Notes under the pieces: generated by a model
What the model was told of the DNA's origin: nothing
The model's database searches: none
Seen by the model: only the letters and a program-made list of their open reading frames with translations
Origin: Chiloscyllium plagiosum
Lineage: Eukaryota
NCBI RefSeq assembly: GCF_004010195.1
Contig: NW_025214029.1
Coordinates: forward strand, 1 to 32,726
Length of the DNA stretch: 32,726 bases
Direction of reading: 5' to 3'
Position numbers and translations under genes: made by a program
Shown: one piece after another, positions 11,601 to 20,700 of the stretch
Layout: each line of letters begins with the position of its first letter
How positions within the stretch are numbered: position 1 is the first letter of the stretch

Positions 11601-13686
11601 CACTGTGTGATGGGGACACTCCCCCTGGGACACTGTGCGATGGGAATACTCCCCCTGGGACACTGTGTGATGGGAATACTCCCCCCCCAGGACACTGTGT
11701 GATGGGGACACTCCCCCTGGGACACTGTGCGATGGGAATACTCCCCCTGGGACACTGTGTGATGGGAATACTCCCCCCCCAGGACACTGTGTGATGGGGA
11801 CACTCCCCCTGGGACACTGTGCGATGGGAATACTCCCCCTGGGACACTGTGTGATGGGAATACTCCCCCCCCAGGACACTGTGTGATGGGGACACTCCCC
11901 CTGGGACACTGTGCGATGGGAATACTCCCCCTGGGACACTGTGTGATGGGAATACTCCCCCCCCAGGACACTGTGTGATGGGGACACTCCCCCTGGGACA
12001 CTGTGCGATGGGAATACTCCCCCTGGGACACTGTGTGATGGGAATACTCCCCCCCCAGGACACTGTGTGATGGGGACACTCCCCCTGGGACACTGTGCGA
12101 TGGGAATACTCCCCCTGGGACACTGTGTGATGGGAATACTCCCCCCCCAGGACACTGTGTGATGGGGACACTCCCCCTGGGACACTGTGCGATGGGAATA
12201 CTCCCCCTGGGACACTGTGTGATGGGAATACTCCCCCCCCAGGACACTGTGTGATGGGGACACTCCCCCTGGGACACTGTGCGATGGGAATACTCCCCCT
12301 GGGACACTGTGTGATGGGAATACTCCCCCCCCAGGACACTGTGTGATGGGGACACTCCCCCTGGGACACTGTGCGATGGGAATACTCCCCCTGGGACACT
12401 GTGTGATGGGAATACTCCCCCCCCAGGACACTGTGTGATGGGGACACTCCCCCTGGGACACTGTGCGATGGGAATACTCCCCCTGGGACACTGTGTGATG
12501 GGAATACTCCCCCCCCAGGACACTGTGTGATGGGGACACTCCCCCTGGGACACTGTGCGATGGGAATACTCCCCCTGGGACACTGTGTGATGGGAATACT
12601 CCCCCCCCAGGACACTGTGTGATGGGGACACTCCCCCTGGGACACTGTGCGATGGGAATACTCCCCCTGGGACACTGTGTGATGGGAATACTCCCCCCCC
12701 AGGACACTGTGTGATGGGGACACTCCCCCTGGGACACTGTGCGATGGGAATACTCCCCCTGGGACACTGTGTGATGGGAATACTCCCCCCCCAGGACACT
12801 GTGTGATGGGGACACTCCCCCTGGGACACTGTGCGATGGGAATACTCCCCCTGGGACACTGTGTGATGGGAATACTCCCCCCCCAGGACACTGTGTGATG
12901 GGGACACTCCCCCTGGGACACTGTGCGATGGGAATACTCCCCCTGGGACACTGTGTGATGGGAATACTCCCCCCCCAGGACACTGTGTGATGGGGACACT
13001 CCCCCTGGGACACTGTGCGATGGGAATACTCCCCCTGGGACACTGTGTGATGGGAATACTCCCCCCCCAGGACACTGTGTGATGGGGACACTCCCCCTGG
13101 GACACTGTGCGATGGGAATACTCCCCCTGGGACACTGTGTGATGGGAATACTCCCCCCCCAGGACACTGTGTGATGGGGACACTCCCCCTGGGACACTGT
13201 GCGATGGGAATACTCCCCCTGGGACACTGTGTGATGGGAATACTCCCCCCCCAGGACACTGTGTGATGGGGACACTCCCCCTGGGACACTGTGCGATGGG
13301 AATACTCCCCCTGGGACACTGTGTGATGGGAATACTCCCCCCCCAGGACACTGTGTGATGGGGACACTCCCCCTGGGACACTGTGCGATGGGAATACTCC
13401 CCCTGGGACACTGTGTGATGGGAATACTCCCCCCCCAGGACACTGTGTGATGGGGACACTCCCCCTGGGACACTGTGCGATGGGAATACTCCCCCTGGGA
13501 CACTGTGTGATGGGAATACTCCCCCCCCAGGACACTGTGTGATGGGGACACTCCCCCTGGGACACTGTGCGATGGGAATACTCCCCCTGGGACACTGTGT
13601 GATGGGAATACTCCCCCCCCAGGACACTGTGTGATGGGGACACTCCCCCTGGGACACTGTGCGATGGGAATACTCCCCCTGGGACT
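8610..13686. repeat. About 30-bp minisatellite organised as a 92-bp higher-order repeat, about 54 apparently identical copies
   Basis: Three monomers (30+30+32 bp) of ggacactgtg(t/c)gatggg(aat/gac)actccccc. The line pattern recurs every 1380 bp (15 x 92). Degenerate monomers at 8610-8715. Confidence 0.97.
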
Positions 13687-13855
13687 TTCTCTCTACTTCT
13701 CCCTCCCTTCCTTCCTCCCTCCCTCCCTCCCCCCCCTGCTGTAACCTGCCTGGCTGTGTGTCTGTGTGGGGTGCTCTCACTGGGCCATGTTGCTCTGGGA
13801 GCTTCGGGGCCCAGTTTCCAGGCTCTGACTGTGAACATTGCCTCCCCCCCCCCAG

Positions 13856-13971
13856 GAAGATGGTGGCCCCTTGAAGCGCATGGGCCACTCGATGGTGGAA
13901 GGCCCAGGCTCCACCCTTTGGATCTACGGAGGCCTGTCCCTCAGGAAGGGGATTTTAAACAGTGTTTACAG
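13856..13971 (+). CDS. MEGF8: MEGF8 exon F (first Kelch repeat of second propeller)
   Basis: cccccag| ... TACAG|gtaagt. Manual translation EDGGPLKRMGHSMVEGPGSTLWIYGGLSLRKGILNSVYR (MEGF8 HRLGHTMVDGPDATLWMFGGL...GNLYR). Confidence 0.92.
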
Positions 13972-14051
13972 GTAAGTGGCAGCTATCAGTTACTGGAGTT
14001 GGAGACCCTGTCGGGGGGGGCTCAAATCATACCCTTCATTGGTTCACTGTG

Positions 14052-15003
14052 CTGGTGGCCATTTGCAGTGCATCTGCTATCCCCACACAAGCGGCCATTT
14101 ACAGTGTGTCTGCTGTCTCTGCTCCGGCAGCCATTTGCAGTCTGTCTGGTGTCCCCGCAATGGCGGCCATTTGCAGTCTGTCTGCTGTCTCCACAGTGGC
14201 GGCCATTTGCAGTGCATCTGCTGTCCCCGCTCCGGCAGCCATTTGCAGTCTGTCTGGTGTCCCCGCAGTGGCGGCCATTTGCAGTGTGTCTGCTGTCCCC
14301 GCTCCGGCAACCATTTGCAGTGTGTCTGCTGTCCCTGCAGTGGCAGCCATTTGCAATATGTCTGCTGTCCCCGCTCCGGCAGCTATTTGCAGTCTGTCTG
14401 GTGTCCCCGCAGTGGCGGCCATTTGCAGTGTGTCTGTTGTCCCTGCAGTGGCGGCCATTTGCAGTGTGTCTGCTGTCCCCGCAGTGGCGGCCATTTGCAG
14501 TCTGTCTGCTGTCCCCGCAGTGGCAGCCATTTGCAATATGTCTGCTGTCCCCGCTCTGGCAGCCATTTGCAGTCTGTCTGGTGTCCCCGCAATGGCGGCC
14601 ATTTGCAGTGTGTCTGCTGTCCCCGCAGTGGCGGCCATTTGCAGTGTGTCTGCTGTCCCTGCAGTGGCGGCCATTTGCAGTGTGTCTGCAGTCCCCGCAG
14701 TGGCAGCCATTTGCAGTGTTTCTGCTGTCCCCGCAGTGGCGGCCATTTGCAGTGTGTCTGCTGTCCCTGCAGTGGCAGCCATTTGCAGTGTGTCTGCTGT
14801 CCCCGCAGTGGCGGCCATTTGCAGTGTGTCTGCTGTCCCTGCAGTGGCGGCCATTTGCAGTGTGTCTGCTGTCCCCGCAGTGGCGGCCATTTGCAGTCTG
14901 TCTGCTGTCCCCGCAGTGGCGGCCATTTGCAGTGTGTCTTCTGTCCCCACACTGGTGGCTATTTGCAGTGTTTCTGCTGTCCCCGCAGTGGCGGCCATTT
15001 GCT
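14052..15003. repeat. 36-bp minisatellite, about 26 copies
   Basis: Unit gtggcggccatttgcagtgtgtctgctgtccccgca with scattered variants. Confidence 0.95.
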
Positions 15004-15201
15004 GTGCCTCTCTGTACCTCTGTGTTATTGCACTGTTGGAAATTGCCATCTACAGAATAAGCAACTTTCTGCTTCCCAGCTCCAGGATTGTATGGAAACG
15101 GTGGGGGTGGGAATGCATTCCGTTTCAGGCCTGGTCACAGACGGAGAACGCAAGGGACTGTTCCTGGATAGTGACCTTGCTCTGGGTCTTGTCTCCTGCA
15201 G

Positions 15202-15400
15202 ATTCTCCCTCAGCGATCGTCGGTGGAGCGCCGAGGTAAGGCCTGAGGGCCGGGCGCCCAGAGCACGATATTTCCACGCAGCAGCAACATCAGGCCCTGC
15301 CCTGGACACCATGTACGTGGCTGGAGGACTGACCGACAGCGGGGTGGCTAGTGATTTCTGGCTGCTGGACCTGGTCAACGCAGAGTGGACAGAAGGAGAG
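15202..15400 (+). CDS. MEGF8: MEGF8 exon G (Kelch repeat)
   Basis: ctcctgcag| ... GAG|gtacac. Encodes FSLSDRRWS...PRARYFHAAA...MYVAGGLTDSGVASDFWLLDLVNAEWTEGE. Confidence 0.92.
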
Positions 15401-15413
15401 GTACACTGACTGG

Positions 15414-15503
15414 TGCCCCCTCGGCTGTGCCCGAGGGCCCCCCGCCCCCCTCGGCTGTGCCCGGGGGCCCCCCGCCCCCCTTGGCTGGGCCCAGGGGCCC
15501 CCT
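15414..15503. repeat. 30-bp GC-rich repeat, 3 copies
   Basis: gcccccctcggctgtgcccg(a/g)gggcccccc. Confidence 0.85.
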
Positions 15504-15697
15504 GATGCTCAGCTCTCACTCGGACCGAGCTAGCTCCTCAATTGAGGACTGTGTGTCACCGGGAAGTGAAGAGCTCACCCCCCCCCTCCACCCAGCCCAG
15601 TAGTTCCTACTAAAGGCTGTGGCTGACGATTCCTGTTTCACGTGAGTTGCCTCGTTGCTGTCATCACGTTTGCCTCTTGTTCTCTGTCTGTCTGTAG

Positions 15698-15869
15698 TCG
15701 GGTCTCCTGCCTCCAGTAACTGGCCACACTCTGACCCTGTGTCGGAACTCCATCCTGCTCCTCATCGGAGGCTACTCCCCACAGAACGGCTTCAACAACA
15801 AGCTCCTGGAATACGACATCCGCTCCACAAACTGGAGTGTCCGCCAGCACACAGGAACGGCCCCAACAG
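15698..15869 (+). CDS. MEGF8: MEGF8 exon H (Kelch repeat)
   Basis: tctgtag| ... ACAG|gtacag. Manual translation SGLLPPVTGHTLTLCRNSILLLIGGYSPQNGFNNKLLEYDIRSTNWSVRQHTGTAPT (MEGF8 GHTLT...GGYSPENGFN...GTPPT). Confidence 0.93.
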
Positions 15870-17105
15870 GTACAGGCACGAGGACTGCCCCGACAGGTAC
15901 AGGCACGGGTACGGGACCAGCCCCGACAGGTACAGGCACAGGGGCCGCCCCGACAGGTACAGGCACAGGGGCCGCCCCGACAGGTACAGGCACAGGGACC
16001 GCCCCGACAGGTACAGGCACGAGGACTGCCCCTACAGGCACGAGGACTGCCCCGACAGGTACAGGCACGAGGACTGCCCCAACAGGTACAGGCACAGGGG
16101 CCGCCCCGACAGGTACAGGCACGAGGATTGCCCCGACAGGTACAGGCACAGGGGCCGCCCCGACAGGTACAGGCACGGGGACTGCGCCGACAGGTACAGG
16201 CACGAGGACTGCGCCGACAGGTACAGGCACGAGGACTGCCCCGACAGGTACAGGCACGAGGACTGCGCCGACAGGTACAGGCACGAGGACTGCGCCGACA
16301 GGTACAGGCACGAGGACTGCGCCGACAGGTACAGGCACGAGGACTGCGCCGACAGGTACAGGCACGAGGACTGCGCCGACAGGTACAGGCACGAGGACTG
16401 CGCCGACAGGTACAGGCACGAGGACTGCGCCGACAGGTACAGGCACGAGGACTGCGCCGACAGGTACAGGCACGAGGACTGCGCCGACAGGTACAGGCAC
16501 GAGGACTGCGCCGACAGGTACAGGCACGAGGACTGCGCCGACAGGTACAGGCACGAGGACTGCGCCGACAGGTACAGGCACGAGGACTGCGCCGACAGGT
16601 ACAGGCACGAGGACTGCGCCGACAGGTACAGGCACGAGGACTGCGCCGACAGGTACAGGCACGAGGACTGCGCCGACAGGTACAGGCACGAGGACTGCGC
16701 CGACAGGTACAGGCACGAGGACTGCGCCGACAGGTACAGGCACGAGGACTGCGCCGACAGGTACAGGCACGAGGACTGCCCCGACAGGTACAGGCACGAG
16801 GACTGCCCCAACAGCGGGACCAGCCCCGACGGGCACAGGGACGAGCCCCGACAGGCACAGGGACGAGCCCCGACAGGGACAGGCACGGGGACAGCCCCGA
16901 CAGGGACAGGCACGGGGACAGCCCCGACAGGGACAGGCACGGGGACAGCCCCGACAGGGACAGGCACGGGGACAGCCCCGACCGTTAGAAGTACGGGAAC
17001 AGCCCCGACCGGTACAGGCAGGGGATCCGCCCCCGACCGGTACAGGCAGGGGAGCCGCCCCCGACCGGCACAGGCAGGGGAGCCGCCCCCGACCGGCACA
17101 GGCAA
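15847..17105. repeat. 27-bp minisatellite containing the exon H splice donor
   Basis: Unit gcacgaggactgcgccgacag-gtacag. The first copy overlaps the exon H end, and the array degenerates after about 16810. Confidence 0.95.
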
Positions 17106-17311
17106 GGAAAGGCTTCCTATGGATCTCGAGTGCTTGTCATGGTGTTCAGACCTTGACAGTCCGAGTTGGGGGGAGAGAGAGAGAGAGACTCTGATTTGAC
17201 ACAGTGGCTGATGGAGCGCCTGTGGATGGGCTGTGTTCAATCTGCAGTTGTGTGTTTGACCTGCTGTGCATGGGCCATGTCTGTTCTGACGATGCTTTCT
17301 GCACCTTCCAG

Positions 17312-17475
17312 GGTTATACGGGCACTCAGCCGTTTACCACCCAGCCACGGATGCAGTCTATGTGTTTGGGGGCTATCGGTTTTACCTGGAGAGTGTGTCA
17401 GCGTCCCGTGAGCTGTACAGCCTGTACCTCCCTGGGCTGAGCTGGAGCTTGCTCGCCCCCTCCCACGGTGCAAAG
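17312..17475 (+). CDS. MEGF8: MEGF8 exon I (Kelch repeat)
   Basis: cttccag| ... AAG|gtatcg. Encodes GLYGHSAVYHPATDAVYVFGGYRFYLESVSASRELYSLYLPGLSWSLLAPSHGAK, near-identical in motif to MEGF8 GLYGHSAVYHEATDSLYVFGG...WSLLAPSQGAK. Confidence 0.96.
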
Positions 17476-17585
17476 GTATCGCTGGAAACTGCTTGGATGT
17501 CTCTGACCAGCTTGGGGAATTGGGGCAGGAAGGGGGCTGTGTTCCCGCTCCGAGTCTAACTGTCCCTGTGTTCACTTGGTTACAG

Positions 17586-17730
17586 CCCCTCGCTCACTTC
17601 TTCCATGTTTCCGGCTTGTTTCGGGACACGATGGTGGTAGTTGGAGGTCGTACAGAGACAGAGGACTTCAGTGCCGCCATCTTGCTGTACCACATCAACT
17701 GCAACACCTGGATCACGGTGAACCAGACAG
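17586..17730 (+). CDS. MEGF8: MEGF8 exon J (Kelch repeat)
   Basis: ctaac branch-like site, tacag| ... ACAG|gtacag. Encodes PLAHFFHVSGLFRDTMVVVGGRTETEDFSAAILLYHINCNTWITVNQT. Confidence 0.93.
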
Positions 17731-20700
17731 GTACAGTCACACCGGGATCGCGGTGAACCAGACAGGTACAGTCACACCTGGATCGCGGTGAACCAGACAG
17801 GTACAGTCACACCGGGATTGCGGTGAACCAGACAGGTACAGTCACACCGGGATCGCGGTGAACCAGACAGGTACAGTCACACCGGGATCGCGGTGAACCA
17901 GACGGGTCCAGTCATACCTGGATCGCGGTGAACCAGACAGGTACAGTCACACCGGTATCACGGTGCAGCAGACAGGTCCAGTCACACCGGGATCACGATG
18001 AAGCAGACAGGTCCAGTCACACCGGGATCACGGTGCGGCAGACAGGTCCAGTCCCACCGGGATCACGGTGCGGCAGACAGATACAGTCGCACCGGGATCG
18101 CGGTGAACCAGACAGGTACAGTCACACCGGGATCGCGGTGAACCAGACGGTTCCAGTCACACCTGGATCACGGTGAACCAGACAGGTACAGTCACACCGG
18201 GATCTTGGTGAACCAGACAGGCCCAGTCACACCGGGATCTCGGTGAACCAGACAGGTCTAGTCACATCGGGATCACGGTGCAGCAGACAGGTACAGTCAC
18301 ACCTGGATTACGGTGAACCAGACAGGTACAGTCACACCGGGATCGCGGTGAAACAGACATGTCCAGTCACACCGGGATCGCGGTGAACCAGACAGGTCCA
18401 GTCACACCGGGATCGCGGTGAACCAGACAGGTCCAGTCACACCGGGATCGCGGTGCAGCAGACAGGTACAGTCACACCGGGATCACGGTGCGGCAGACAG
18501 GTACAGTCACACCGGGATCACGGTGCAGCAGACAGGTACAGTCACACCGGGATCGCGGTGAACCAGACGGGACCAGTCACACCTGCATCACGGTGAACCA
18601 GACGGGACCAGTCACACCTGGATCACGGTGAACCAGACAGGTCCAGTCGCACCGGGATCGCGGTGAACCAGACAAGTACAGTCACTCCGGGATCGCGGTG
18701 AACCAGACGGGACCAGTCACACCTGGAGCACGGTGAACCAGACAGGTCCAGTCACACCGGGATCGCGGTGAACCAGACAGGTACAGTCACACCGGGATCA
18801 CGGTGCAGGAGACAGGTCCAGTCACACCGGGATCACGGTGAAGCAGACAGATCCAGTCACACCGGGATCACGGTGAAGCAGACAGGTCCAGTCACACCGG
18901 GATCACGGTGAACCAGACAGGTCCAGTCACACCGGGATCGCGGTGAACCAGACAGGTCCAGTCACACCGGGATCACGGTGCGGCAGACAGGTACAGTCAC
19001 ACCGGGATCACGGTGCAGCAGACAGGTCAGTCACACCGGGATCACGGTGAACCAGACAGGTCCAGTCACACCGGGATTGCGGTGAACCAGACAGGTACAG
19101 TCACACCGGGATCACGGTGCAGGAGACAGGTCCAGTCACACCGGGATCACGGTGCAGGAGACAGGTCCAGTCACACCGGGATCGCGGTGAAGCAGGCAGA
19201 TCCAGTCACACCGGGATCGCAGTGAGGCCGACAGGTCCAGTCACACCGGGATCGCGGTGAGGCCGACAGGTCCAGTCACACTGGGATAGCGGTGAGGCCG
19301 ACAGGTCCAGTCACTCCGGGATCGCGGTGAGGCAGACAGGTCCAGTCACTCCGGGATCGCGGTGAGGCCGACAGGTCCGGTCACACCGGGATCGCGGTGA
19401 GGCCGACAGATCCGGTCACACCGGGATCACGGTGAGGCCGACACGTCCGGTCACTCCGGGATCGCGGTGAGGCCGACACGTCCGGTCACACCGGGATCAC
19501 GGCGAGGCCGACACGTCCGGTCACACCGGGATCACGGCGAGGCCGACACGTCCAGTCACACCGGGATCGCGGCGAGGCCGACACGTCCAGTCACACTGGG
19601 ATCGCGGTGAGGCCGACACGTCCAGTCTCTCCGGGATCGCGGTGAGGCCGACAGGTCCAGTCTCTCCGGGATCGCGGTGAGGCCGACAGGTCCAGTCACT
19701 CCGGGATCGCGGTGAGGCCGACAGGTCCAGTCACACCGGGATCGCGGTGAGGCCGACAGGTCCAGTCTCTCCGGGATCGCGGTGAGGCCGACAGGTCCAG
19801 TCACTCCGGGATCGCGGTGAGGCCGACAGGTCCAGTCACACCGGGATCGCGGTGAGGCCGACACGTCCAGTCACACTGGGATCGCGGTGAGGCCGACACG
19901 TCCAGTCTCTCCGGGATCGCGGTGAGGCAGACAGGTCCAGTCACTCCGGGATCGCGGTGAGGCCGACACGTCCAGTCTCTCCGGGATCGCGGTGAGGCAG
20001 ACAGGTCCAGTCACTCCGGGATCGCGGTGAGGCCGACACGTCCAGTCTCTCCGGGATCGCGGTGAGGCAGACAGGTCCAGTCACTCCGGGATCGCGGTGA
20101 GGCCGACAGGTCCAGTCACACCGGGATCGCGGTGAGGCCGACACGTCCAGTCTCTCCGGGATCGCGGTGAGGCAGACAGGTCCAGTCACTCCGGGATCGC
20201 GGTGAGGCCGACACGTCCAGTCTCTCCGGGATCGCGGTGAGGCAGACAGGTCCAGTCACTCCGGGATCGCGGTGAGGCCGACACGTCCAGTCTCTCCGGG
20301 ATCGCGGTGAGGCAGACAGGTCCAGTCACTCCGGGATCGCGGTGAGGCCGACACGTCCAGTCTCTCCGGGATCGCGGTGAGGCAGACAGGTCCAGTCACT
20401 CCGGGATCGCGGTGAGGCCGACAGGTCCAGTCACACCGGGATCGCGGTGAGGCCGACACGTCCAGTCTCTCCGGGATCGCGGTGAGGCAGACAGGTCCAG
20501 TCACTCCGGGATCGCGGTGAGGCCGACACGTCCAGTCTCTCCGGGATCGCGGTGAGGCAGACAGGTCCAGTCACTCCGGGATCGCGGTGAGGCCGACACG
20601 TCCAGTCTCTCCGGGATCGCGGTGAGGCAGACAGGTCCAGTCACTCCGGGATCGCGGTGAGGCCGACACGTCCAGTCTCTCCGGGATCGCGGTGAGGCAG

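Noticed and set aside
8690..13686. CACAGTG (RSS heptamer) in every monomer on the minus strand
   Set aside because: No ACAAAAACC-like nonamer at 12 or 23 bp spacing, and no V, D or J segments nearby.
13735..13850. Cys-containing peptide CCSGSFGAQFPGSDCEHC as the missing EGF exon
   Set aside because: No CxC...GFxGxxC spacing, no WETL-like segment and no fitting splice sites. Probably chance.
8527..13888. Three minus-strand ORFs of 1674-1773 aa
   Set aside because: The 92-bp unit lacks minus-strand stops, so all three frames give the same cycling peptide. They lie antisense in a MEGF8 intron and show no domain.
14052..15003. Repeated GGCCATTT resembling a YY1 core site
   Set aside because: A short motif multiplied by tandem duplication, with nothing in the sequence to show binding.
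15638..17240. 350-514 aa repetitive ORFs on both strands (DRYRHEDCA, VPVPVGAVL and others)
   Set aside because: They are translations of a stop-free 27-bp minisatellite, not independent genes.
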